Assembly (NCBI GenBank): GCA_937911445.1
Contig: CALDQY010000297.1
Location: 1-50,423 of the forward strand
Origin: an uncultured Rhodobiaceae bacterium
GTDB lineage: Archaea > Thermoplasmatota > Poseidoniia > Poseidoniales > Poseidoniaceae
Direction: 5' to 3'
Length of the DNA: 50,423 nucleotides
The first letter of the stretch is position 1; the number at the start of each line of letters is the position of its first letter. Both the position numbers and the translations under genes were made by a program. The notes under the pieces were generated by a model. The model worked only from the letters and a program-made list of their open reading frames with translations. It was not told where the DNA came from and searched no databases. This document shows, one piece after another, positions 1 to 8,638 of this stretch.

Positions 1-3000
1 TCTGAACCTTGGAATTCAACATAGATGGACGTCAAATCGTTGGATGGAGATACATCGATAACGTTCAATGGAGCCATTCGACGAACAACACGAGGTGCAG
101 CATCGTCGACAATGACTCGAAGAGTCGTTGAAACAAGAGTTCCTGTCATATCTTCTCCACGACCGGGGATGTTGGTGATCGATATCAAACAGGTACGTGT
201 CGGGGAGGACTGCAGGGATTTGGCTGAATCGAGTGGTACCTCGATGAGGTATTCACCATCATCGGTCAGTGAACCATCGCTCCATAGTTTCTCACCATCG
301 AAGACTTCGACTAAGATTCCAACGTCTCGTGGAGCAGGTACGTTGCTGCCTTCGTAAACAACTCGACCACTGAATGCGAGTCGGTCGTCCTTGCGGACAC
401 GTGTGCCATCAGCGACAGGTCCTGTACGAGGTTCACTCACATCCTCCACAACATAATCGGTTGGAGAGAGTGTGAAATCGTTCTCAACACGGAAGGTATG
501 TTCCAAGATGAGCAATTCCCTGTCCTCGGGGGAACCACGTTCCTTGAACAACAAGGCAAGGTCGCCCATCTCTTCATCTGGCCAGTCCCATGCAAAGACG
601 AAGTTGTAGGTGACGATGATCCATGGTAGGCCCGATTCGTTCGTAGTTTCTCGCATCGAGCTGCTCGGTAGGAGATGGATGTAGTTGCTCTCGCTCCAGA
701 ACGAGTTGTTCAGACCGGAGTAGGAAATTCGCTGTGCGTCTCGGCTCGGGTTTGGTCCTTCAAAGTCGAAAACGAGCGAAATATGTTCGAAATCAATGGC
801 CGTATTCGCATCAATGAATCCAACGGTAATCGATTGCTCAAGACCTGCAAAGACTGGGGCATCATCGGTGTGTCCAACCCACTCCAGTCCAGTAAAGATG
901 GCTTCTGAATCCTTACGAGTTTGGAAGGTTGCATCATCAAAACTGAACCCTGGGCCGGAATTGAGGTTGTAGAGGACACCCTCATCATCGTATTGGGTGT
1001 AAAAGACAGGGTTACCTGCTTGGTCTCCACCCGACCAGTAATAGGACACACGTCCCATGTTTGGATTCCGTGAGTGGTCAATGGTCGTCATGAACCACTT
1101 GCTCTTACTCTCACTCATGTTGGTGACGCGCTTGCTTGCATATTCGTGGTCATCGGCAATACCGTTTCGGTTGAGGTCATGATCGGCTTCAACCCAGTAC
1201 ATGAGGGTCAATTCCATCGGAACACCGATCTCATCGTGAACGAGGATTCGAACGTCTTGCTGGTTCACGCCAGCCTCGTACGAACCATCGGCAGGGAAGA
1301 CGGCTCGACGTTCGGGTGGTGTTGCATCGACACGGTAGGTTCGACTCCAATCAGAGTTTGGTGCCATAACGTGTGTTGGATTGCGTTCGTTGTAGGTCTG
1401 AACTTCGTAGTTCAAGCCATCAGGTACGTCGATGTTCGGTGTGACGACACTAATGAAGAACGAGCCGTTGATGTTGGTGGTATCCCTTGCTGTTGACTCG
1501 ACCCATCCGTTGCGGGAAACACGGACGTCAAAGGCGCTGTCAAGTGGTGCATCATCGGAATCCATGAACCACATTGCGCCCTGAAAGTGCAGTGTTTCAC
1601 CAGCAGCAACCCAAGCATTGTTGGGCACATCATCTCGAACAAGGTCACCCTCATTGTCACGTACCTTCATCCATCCAAGGCCAAAGGTTCGATTGACGCG
1701 GAGACCTTCTTCACTGATGAGATCAAGCGGTGAGAAGCCAGCCGAACCGCTGTCATCCAAACACCCCGTCTTGAATCGAACATTGCTTTGGTCCGGGAAT
1801 TCGCTTGTAATTCGGAAAATCCAGTGGATTTCAAGGATGCTGTTGTTAAGAATAGAGTAGGAGTTCCCATCCATGACCACAAACCCATCTGGGTCGTTTG
1901 GTGATGGGAAGATGTCACCATCTTGCCAGAACATGGTCGGATTTGACGCAGATGACGTGGTCATGAGAGTTAACGTCGCTTCGCGAATCTTTGTTGCACT
2001 CTCACCCACGATGTGGCGAGTAACCACTTCGTATGGTTCCGTCCGCTCGTGCAAAATTTCTCCTTCAGGAATTTCAATTCCGAGGTTAACGGTCTGAATC
2101 GTGTAGGTGACACTGAACGAGGTAAGGGTGAGAATTCCGCTGCTATCAGAAACCAAATCGATCGGAATATCCACGTAACCAAGGCCGGAGCCTGGAATTC
2201 TATCATTGAACCCCTTGATCACGGTGTTCATTTGACCAACGGCATCGATGGTCTTGGTTCCAACCAAAGGACCGTTTTCTTTCCAACCCTGTGTTTTTGC
2301 TGTAGGTGGACTGAATCCTTCAGGAATGTCCCATTTTGATTCGTCGATGTAAGGGTGGTCGATTTCAAATCCTGGGTTTTCTGGAGCGTTGCTGTGCAAT
2401 GCGACTTGGATGTCCTCCAGCACGGGTGTGAGCGCAGAATTACTTGTTGAGAAAGACACTCGAAGGCACAAATACCCATAACTCGGTGTTGTGAACGCCT
2501 TGGTCAATCCTGATTGTCCAAAGGAGGTCAAACCGCTGCTGCAGAGGCTTGAGGTACTGCCTCCAAGTTGGACAGAAATGGAAGTGCTCGCCGGAATGGT
2601 CGCATTGTAATGGACGGTCGCAGCGACATAGGAAGGGAACGGGTTGTTGTAATTTGAACGAACGTAGAAGTTTCCGCTGCTGTAGTAATTCGTAGTGTAC
2701 TGGACGATGACTTGGTCGAGTATCGGCGTTGCGCTGGATGTTCCATTGAGCGTTGCTCGCCAAGTGATTTTGTTGCCACTGTTGGCGAAGGTCTTCGTAG
2801 AGCCAACGCTAATCGGCTTCCAAGTGACGCCATCGTCATTGGAAACGTCGATGTCGATGGATGTTCCAGTCGGCATGTATCCAATCGCACTTTCGAGCTT
2901 GATTTGGTCAACAGCTCGTGTTGCAGTCGTGGTTTGGCCATAGACTGTAGTAGAGGTTGAAGTTGGTGTGCGGCTGTCCGTGACACTTCCATCGCCCCAC

Positions 3001-4259
3001 ATGTGGATCTTTCGAGCCACAGTGTTGCAGTACGATGTGTGATAGCAAGAGAAGTAGATCTTGCCTTCATCATCAATCTGTGTGATTCCGTAATGCCCGC
3101 CGTTCGGCATCTCTTGCATACCCATCTTGGTGAGACTGAATCCGTTCATACTGAAGTGATGGTGACGTGAACCTTGGATGTTGTACTCGTTGAGAATAAT
3201 ACGGGGGAGATCAACAACCAAACCGGAGTTCTGGTTTCCTGCTGTCGAAGTCGTCTTGTAGTTGTAATCTGCTGCAGTACCGAGTGACCATGTTGAGTTG
3301 ATCGACCTTGGGTTGCTAGGATTAACCTCCATGAGGTATCGGTTGTAGGTTGGAAAGGTTGAGGAATCATAGTAACTGACAAACATCTTGCCCGTGTCGT
3401 CATCGAAGTCAACTCCGGTGAGGTAGTAGGGGTATCCATAGTTGTAGTAGGTGGAACATTGCCACTGTGTCTTTGCTGCATTGAGCGTCCACTTGGTCAG
3501 GTAATAGTACGAGTAAGAGACGGTCCAAATGTTTCCGTTCGGGTCAACGGCTGCATCGTACCAATAACTCGATACAGAGGAGGTACAACCAGAGGTGCTG
3601 ATGCTTGCGGAACCGAGCAGTGCGCCGGTTGTTGCGTTGATTCGCTGAATGCTCGGTGCAGTGTACATCGATGTACTCGAGTAACGAGTTGTATGAATTT
3701 CGTGCTCGGATACTGGTACCACGATACCTCGATAATTCCAACTTGCACTGGATGAAACCGAGAGATCTGTAAATTGCTTTGTGACGCTGGTGTAACCTTG
3801 GTCACCTAGGGCAACGAATTGACCGGTTGTGTTGATGGTCGCTGAGTTCGCTGTAGTGAGATCGGTGCTTCTGCGGAAATTAACGACGTTGTTGGTTGGA
3901 TTACCGCGCAGCGATATCTCATCGTTGGCCGTTTCCATATTGGTGCGTGAACCGTACTGGAACGATCCTGTTTGCTTGCTCGACCATTGACCTGTACCGA
4001 CGCCACCGAAGTCGTTGTTGTTGGTGAAGTTGCTCCATGTCGTGGTGCTCGCCTCACCAAGGAAGTTGAATTGGGCCGAGGTTACCTCAGCGCCGAATGG
4101 GAACGTGATGACACCAGCAGATCCGTTTCCTTGGCCATTGAAGGTGTGCGTATACGAGGTTGCACCACCTTTGAACTGTGTTTCAGTCGTGGCAGACGAG
4201 GCGAGTGGTGCCATCACTGAAATGAAAAAGATAAGAACGAGAAATACCGCTTTACGCAT
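1..4259 (-). CDS. Giant secreted/cell-surface protein, N-terminal 1,419 codons only (3' end lies beyond the left window edge)
   Basis: Absent from the supplied ORF track. In the reverse frame whose plus-strand codon starts are 0 mod 3, an ATG sits at 4259-4257 and I read no stop down to position 3. N-terminus MRKAVFLVLIFFISVMAPLASSATTETQFKGG looks like a signal peptide. The protein is S/T/N/Y-rich with many N-x-S/T sequons. No listed minus-strand ORF here lies in this frame, and the listed ORFs in 1..4300 are short pieces (182 aa or less). Confidence 0.8.
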   Translation of the reverse strand, partial: MRKAVFLVLIFFISVMAPLASSATTETQFKGGATSYTHTFNGQGNGSAGVITFPFGAEVTSAQFNFLGEASTTTWSNFTNNNDFGGVGTGQWSSKQTGSFQYGSRTNMETANDEISLRGNPTNNVVNFRRSTDLTTANSATINTTGQFVALGDQGYTSVTKQFTDLSVSSSASWNYRGIVVPVSEHEIHTTRYSSTSMYTAPSIQRINATTGALLGSASISTSGCTSSVSSYWYDAAVDPNGNIWTVSYSYYYLTKWTLNAAKTQWQCSTYYNYGYPYYLTGVDFDDDTGKMFVSYYDSSTFPTYNRYLMEVNPSNPRSINSTWSLGTAADYNYKTTSTAGNQNSGLVVDLPRIILNEYNIQGSRHHHFSMNGFSLTKMGMQEMPNGGHYGITQIDDEGKIYFSCYHTSYCNTVARKIHMWGDGSVTDSRTPTSTSTTVYGQTTTATRAVDQIKLESAIGYMPTGTSIDIDVSNDDGVTWKPISVGSTKTFANSGNKITWRATLNGTSSATPILDQVIVQYTTNYYSSGNFYVRSNYNNPFPSYVAATVHYNATIPASTSISVQLGGSTSSLCSSGLTSFGQSGLTKAFTTPSYGYLCLRVSFSTSNSALTPVLEDIQVALHSNAPENPGFEIDHPYIDESKWDIPEGFSPPTAKTQGWKENGPLVGTKTIDAVGQMNTVIKGFNDRIPGSGLGYVDIPIDLVSDSSGILTLTSFSVTYTIQTVNLGIEIPEGEILHERTEPYEVVTRHIVGESATKIREATLTLMTTSSASNPTMFWQDGDIFPSPNDPDGFVVMDGNSYSILNNSILEIHWIFRITSEFPDQSNVRFKTGCLDDSGSAGFSPLDLISEEGLRVNRTFGLGWMKVRDNEGDLVRDDVPNNAWVAAGETLHFQGAMWFMDSDDAPLDSAFDVRVSRNGWVESTARDTTNINGSFFISVVTPNIDVPDGLNYEVQTYNERNPTHVMAPNSDWSRTYRVDATPPERRAVFPADGSYEAGVNQQDVRILVHDEIGVPMELTLMYWVEADHDLNRNGIADDHEYASKRVTNMSESKSKWFMTTIDHSRNPNMGRVSYYWSGGDQAGNPVFYTQYDDEGVLYNLNSGPGFSFDDATFQTRKDSEAIFTGLEWVGHTDDAPVFAGLEQSITVGFIDANTAIDFEHISLVFDFEGPNPSRDAQRISYSGLNNSFWSESNYIHLLPSSSMRETTNESGLPWIIVTYNFVFAWDWPDEEMGDLALLFKERGSPEDRELLILEHTFRVENDFTLSPTDYVVEDVSEPRTGPVADGTRVRKDDRLAFSGRVVYEGSNVPAPRDVGILVEVFDGEKLWSDGSLTDDGEYLIEVPLDSAKSLQSSPTRTCLISITNIPGRGEDMTGTLVSTTLRVIVDDAAPRVVRRMAPLNVIDVSPSNDLTSIYVEFQGS

Positions 4260-4385
4260 AGTGTACACACCCACTGCCGCAAACTATCTCACCTAAGCAT
4301 ATCAACGCATCGGCTCGTGGTCACAACACAGTTTTCCGTAACCGTCTTGAAGAACAGTGTTCGTAGGTAACATTGAGGGGCGAAC

Positions 4386-4769
4386 ATGGCAGGTGTATTT
4401 TCTCGGTGGTGGACGGCTCAGCATGGACGCCAATACTCGATTCTTACAACTCTTTTTGGAGCGTTTTTGATCCTGTTTTTGGCAGGTCTATCTCAGCTGT
4501 TGTTCCTCCAAGAATCTGCTACATGGGGAGAATACACCGGAGCAGCGATTGGCCTACTCGTCGCTGCTGCAACCGGGTTAATCTTTGTTACACCTGAGTT
4601 CTTGGTGTTCAAGGGTCACGTTAGCACATTGGATGAGCTCTACGAGATTCGAAGCACGGCAGAGTTGAAGCGACGACGATCTGAAGGCGATCGTTCTGCT
4701 GCTGCCCTAGGTGCAGGGTACGAGGAGCGTTGGAATGCGTTTCTCCAAGAACGTGGCTTGCGACGATGA
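4386..4769 (+). CDS. Small membrane protein (two hydrophobic helices plus charged helical tail), function unknown
   Basis: ATG at 4386 with GAGGGG 7 nt upstream. Hydrophobic segments are ILTTLFGAFLILFLAGLSQLLFL and AAIGLLVAAATGLIFV. I recognise no family motif. Confidence 0.5.
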   Translation: MAGVFSRWWTAQHGRQYSILTTLFGAFLILFLAGLSQLLFLQESATWGEYTGAAIGLLVAAATGLIFVTPEFLVFKGHVSTLDELYEIRSTAELKRRRSEGDRSAAALGAGYEERWNAFLQERGLRR

Positions 4770-4784
4770 CGTGGTGGCGATTCT

Positions 4785-5780
4785 TTGCAACCCTCCGACT
4801 CGACAAAACTCTTGTTTCGAGAGATTTTGCTTGCTGGAGGCATGATTGTTGTTCTCATTGCTGCCTTGTATGCACACACCGGATCTATGCCTCCGTTGGT
4901 CGTTGTCGAGTCCTCGAGCATGGTTCATGATGCAGATGGTGAGGTAGGAAGCATCGATGCTGGAGACCTCGTCTTGGTTCACAAGTCCACGTTTGAAAAT
5001 ATCGTAACGTTTGCAGAAGCGACCGACCCATCGAATCCATATTTTGGGCATGAGGCTCATGGTATGGAAGGCGATGTCGTCATTTACAAGAAAAACGGTG
5101 AAACCTCAACACCGATCATTCACCGTGCTATTCTTCGGGTTATACCCCACGAAGCGTATGCTGCTACATCCACAGCAAATCCGTGCCCGACTGGAGGTGC
5201 CTATGATGCTGAGTGGAGCATTGAAGGAAGCAAAGGAGCGTGTGTGCTTACGTGGGATGTGCCAGGAACCAACGTCGTGAATCAAGAAAGTATCAACATC
5301 TCGTTTGATGGAATCGATGCTGGCTTCTACGATTGCGAACGCTACGTACACGCTGGTGTTGAAGCCCATTTGGTTGTCCATGATTGGGTTCCGAAGCATT
5401 CTGGCCTTCTTACGCTTGGAGATGCCAACAAGTGCTCCGTCGATCAAGGTGCAGATGCAGTGAATGGATCATCAGGCCTTCGCACACTCGATGGTTCCGT
5501 GTTAGGACCTGTTCAGGAGAGTTGGCTTGTTGGTCGTGCTGGTGGTGAGATCCCTTGGCTTGGGGCTGTGAAGCTCATGGTGAGTGGCACAGGCCCTGGA
5601 CTGGAATATGTCCCGGGCTCATCGCTCATGTACCTCTTTGCATGCATTGGCGGCATACTCGTCTTCCCTATGGTTGCCGACCCATTGATTCGTCGTATTT
5701 TCTCAACATCGCCTGACCATATCCAAGCGCAACAAGAAAAGGCATTCCTAATCGCTCTCGGCGTTGATGAAGAGGAATAA
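4785..5780 (+). CDS. sec11: Signal peptidase I, archaeal/eukaryal Sec11 (S26B) type
   Basis: N-terminal TM helix, then the catalytic-Ser box VVVESSSM, GDLVLV, the His box TPIIHRAI and the Asp box TLGDANKCSVDQG, followed by a C-terminal TM helix. The start is TTG at 4785. The first in-frame ATG (codon 20) would truncate the TM helix. Confidence 0.8.
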   Translation: MQPSDSTKLLFREILLAGGMIVVLIAALYAHTGSMPPLVVVESSSMVHDADGEVGSIDAGDLVLVHKSTFENIVTFAEATDPSNPYFGHEAHGMEGDVVIYKKNGETSTPIIHRAILRVIPHEAYAATSTANPCPTGGAYDAEWSIEGSKGACVLTWDVPGTNVVNQESINISFDGIDAGFYDCERYVHAGVEAHLVVHDWVPKHSGLLTLGDANKCSVDQGADAVNGSSGLRTLDGSVLGPVQESWLVGRAGGEIPWLGAVKLMVSGTGPGLEYVPGSSLMYLFACIGGILVFPMVADPLIRRIFSTSPDHIQAQQEKAFLIALGVDEEE

Positions 5781-6323
5781 TCACTCTTCACTTTCAGCAA
5801 TGGCTCGGTTTCGACCCAATTCACGTGCAGCATTGTCGAGGCTGCTCTTGGTCATGGCGAGCAGTTCCGAGGCATAATCGAGATTCGATTGCTCAAGATA
5901 GCGTTCAATGCTCGCTTTTGATCGTCGAATGGTGGCCAAACGTTGCTCTGAGCTTTTTGGTCGAGTTTCCTCACCACGTTGGGCCATCAACCACTCTTCG
6001 AGCAAGGCTTGGCCCCATTCAGGAGCACGGAATCGAGCGGAGAGAACGATCTCTGCATGTCTGTGACGGAAGCGAACGCGAGAATCGCGTGTTCGGTTGG
6101 CTTGGATTGAACCAGGATTCCATTGGTCGAATGGAATGTGAAGGTGATCTTTGCAGCGCAAATGACCCGTTTCATCGATGCTTGCATCGATGATCAATGC
6201 TCCTCGCTGGAGACGAATGAAGGCTTGAACGATGTTGTCTTCAATCAACCATTCAGCAATCTGAACCGATGGTTGCCCCCACTTATCGTTCGTCCATGAT
6301 TCGATGGCGGCTCGATGCAACAT
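5781..6323 (-). CDS. Hypothetical protein (180 aa, soluble, helical C-terminus)
   Basis: ORF only, with no motif recognised. Its stop codon abuts the sec11 stop (TAATCA at 5778-5783). Confidence 0.5.
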   Translation of the reverse strand: MLHRAAIESWTNDKWGQPSVQIAEWLIEDNIVQAFIRLQRGALIIDASIDETGHLRCKDHLHIPFDQWNPGSIQANRTRDSRVRFRHRHAEIVLSARFRAPEWGQALLEEWLMAQRGEETRPKSSEQRLATIRRSKASIERYLEQSNLDYASELLAMTKSSLDNAARELGRNRAIAESEE

Positions 6324-6376
6324 GATTCAACTTTCAACTCCCCATTCATGAACCTTCACATCCATGAGTTGGTGCA

Positions 6377-7867
6377 TTGATTGATATGGAAGCGAGCACT
6401 CACGCAACCATGGCAGCATCATGGGGCGCAGTCGAATTCGACTGGCGCATCATTCCTCTCCTTATCTTTGGGTGGTATTTGTTGCTCAAGCGGTGGGAAC
6501 GAGACGGTGTTCTTGACCGATGGAACGCCACCCGAGTCTTCGGATTCGTGCTTATGGTTCGGACGAAGAAAGGACTGGACCTTCTCGAAAAGGTCGCCAA
6601 ACCGCGCAAGTTCTGGCGGATTTATGGCGAGATTTCGCTCTGGGTTTGCACCTTTGCCATGTTCATGGTGGCTCTCGTCGTGTTGCTCGCATTTGTAGGA
6701 GCGCTTCTCTCGCCCCCAGACGTACCGCCACCGACTGCAAGTGAATTGGTCGCTATTCCTGGAATCAATCCAATGATTCCACTTTGGTGGGGCTTGATTG
6801 GATTCATCGTTGCTTTGGTGATTCACGAATTCGGGCACGGGTTGCTCGCTCGAGGACACGGCATGCGTATCCGTTCGTTTGGCCTGTTGCAACTTGGGCC
6901 TTTGCCGCTCGGTGCTTTCGCAGAGCCAGAGGGTGAAGAGTTGTTCAAAGCTCCAAGACGAGAACGACAGCGTATGTTTGCCGCAGGTCCTGCTACGAAT
7001 CTCTTTGCTGCCTTTGTTCTGTTGCTATTGCTCGGAGGCATTGCGGGCCAGTTTGCATCCGACGACCAATCCATTCACGTCACAGGCATTGTCAAAGGTG
7101 AAGGAGCGGATGAAGCAGGTATGTTGCCTTGGGATACGATTGAAACGATTCAAGGCGAGGACGTTGTTGGACTCGATGGATTCCGCAACATTGTGGAACA
7201 ATACAATGCGGGCGATTCTGTGCTCATTGGTGTTCTCCATCAAGACGGTACGAGGGAGACGGTTAATGCGACCTTTTCGGACAAATACACGTACTATCAG
7301 AACCTCGGTTTTTCAGAAGAACAATTGGAATCGTTTTCAATTGAACAAGGCGACCCATTCTTGGGTGTTGAGGGACTTTCTTCGAATACAGCAGGCATCG
7401 ATCGCCTCGCAGGTCCGCTCTCTCCGAATGTGGAATACACCACCCTGCAAAGGACGCTCATCGCTCCTCTGCACGTTGTAACGATCATGATCATCCCATT
7501 CGAATTCCAGGGTGTAGCGATGCATCCAAACGAGGAAGCAATGCTGCAAGCGGATGATACGTTGCTTGGAAACTTCCTCGGAAAAGAAGGTTTATTGGTC
7601 CTCGTCAATCTGTTGTTTTGGATGATGTGGGTCAACGTTCTGCTTGGATTTACCAACTTGATTCCGATGGTTCCATTCGATGGAGGTCACATGTTCAAGG
7701 ACATGGTTCATGCAGGACTTTCACGAGTTCGCGCCTTTGGACGCAAACTCAAACTGTGGAATTTCCATCCGCTCTGGGTGGATCAAATTTCAAGGAAAGC
7801 CAGCAATCTCTCCTCACTCGGACTGCTGTTTATTCTCTTGTTCATCTTGATTATTCCTTACTTCTGA
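6377..7867 (+). CDS. Site-2 protease family (M50) intramembrane zinc metalloprotease with PDZ domain
   Basis: HExxH motif (VIHEFGHGLLARGHG) in a TM helix, a central PDZ-like segment (GIVKGEGADEAGMLPWDTIETIQGEDV) and the C-terminal NLIPMVPFDGGHM motif. It is multi-pass. The track start is TTG at 6377, and an ATG at 6386 is an equally good start. Confidence 0.85.
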   Translation: MIDMEASTHATMAASWGAVEFDWRIIPLLIFGWYLLLKRWERDGVLDRWNATRVFGFVLMVRTKKGLDLLEKVAKPRKFWRIYGEISLWVCTFAMFMVALVVLLAFVGALLSPPDVPPPTASELVAIPGINPMIPLWWGLIGFIVALVIHEFGHGLLARGHGMRIRSFGLLQLGPLPLGAFAEPEGEELFKAPRRERQRMFAAGPATNLFAAFVLLLLLGGIAGQFASDDQSIHVTGIVKGEGADEAGMLPWDTIETIQGEDVVGLDGFRNIVEQYNAGDSVLIGVLHQDGTRETVNATFSDKYTYYQNLGFSEEQLESFSIEQGDPFLGVEGLSSNTAGIDRLAGPLSPNVEYTTLQRTLIAPLHVVTIMIIPFEFQGVAMHPNEEAMLQADDTLLGNFLGKEGLLVLVNLLFWMMWVNVLLGFTNLIPMVPFDGGHMFKDMVHAGLSRVRAFGRKLKLWNFHPLWVDQISRKASNLSSLGLLFILLFILIIPYF

Positions 7868-8506
7868 TTATCGAATGATGGTTCTTCGACGTTGGAGTTC
7901 ATCGAGAATTGAGGCCTTAATCGGAGCGTTCACCTTCTCTTCTTCGTCAACGGCACTCCGCTTCTGAATGTAATCCAGTGTTGGCGAGTTTTCGTTGTGC
8001 TGGCAAACGATGTGGATGAATTCGTTGAGTGGCATGCCTTGGTCCCAATCAATGAATGCCCGTCCTTTCCGAGTTCGGGGTAAGGCAGGAATGCGACGAG
8101 CCAAAACACGTAGTCGTCCTTCGAGTGTTGATGTCTCAACACGGAAGATTCGCCATGAGTCACCTCGAGTTCCCTTCAATCGATGAGCGTACAGAGGCAT
8201 GAGTCCACAACGCTCTCCTTCGTATGCAAGAGCGTTGTACTGGTCGAGCGTTCGGCCACTGAGATAGATCTTCTTTCCTTTGGTGGTTTTGACTTCAATA
8301 GGGAAGGAAATGTCGCCTCGCAAAGCGAGCAGATCTCCACTGCCTTCGATTCCTGAACCAGCAGCTCGGACCACGAGAAACGGGCGATTAAGGACCAATC
8401 GCATACGTTCCTTTTCTTCAACTGAGCACGATTTGATCACGGCTTCGACGCCTGCAGGAATTCCAGCGAGAACGTGGCGTAGTTCTCGCTCGTACTGGCT
8501 TGTCAT
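7868..8506 (-). CDS. hjc: Holliday junction resolvase Hjc with ~70-aa C-terminal extension
   Basis: Archaeal Hjc signature: YERELRHVL ... VVRAAGSG ... GDLLALRGD ... FPIEVKTTKGKKIYL (E, D, ExK catalytic set). ATG at 8506. At 212 aa it is longer than the ~120-145 aa typical of Hjc. Confidence 0.8.
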   Translation of the reverse strand: MTSQYERELRHVLAGIPAGVEAVIKSCSVEEKERMRLVLNRPFLVVRAAGSGIEGSGDLLALRGDISFPIEVKTTKGKKIYLSGRTLDQYNALAYEGERCGLMPLYAHRLKGTRGDSWRIFRVETSTLEGRLRVLARRIPALPRTRKGRAFIDWDQGMPLNEFIHIVCQHNENSPTLDYIQKRSAVDEEEKVNAPIKASILDELQRRRTIIR

Positions 8507-8517
8507 GTGTTGAGATT

Positions 8518-8542
8518 GATGTCAGCCGCTTTTATTGACATC
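8518..8542 (-). promoter_or_regulatory. Putative hjc promoter: TATA-like ATAAAAG (minus strand, 8535-8529) inside a 7-bp inverted repeat GATGTCA/TGACATC
   Basis: The AT-rich box is centred ~26 nt upstream of the hjc ATG, which fits a leaderless archaeal mRNA. The inverted repeat arms are 8518-8524 and 8536-8542. Confidence 0.3.
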
Positions 8543-8638
8543 GGTGGTTTTGCGACAAACCATCATCGTTCAGACGAACATTCTGCATGCCAGTGGAATC
8601 CGTCGATGAATTTCCACAAACAGCGATGAGGCGATACA

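Noticed and set aside
710-4296. Many 60-180-aa ORFs listed by the track in the first 4.3 kb (for example 2528..3076 -, 1074..1496 +, 4015..4296 +)
   Set aside because: They are off-frame or antisense fragments of the single long minus-strand ORF 1..4259, which the track does not list.
6879-7481. 200-aa plus-strand ORF in an alternative frame inside the site-2 protease gene
   Set aside because: It overlaps the M50 protease frame, which carries HExxH, PDZ and NxxPxxxxDG motifs. The alternative product is Cys/Arg/Leu-rich with no features.
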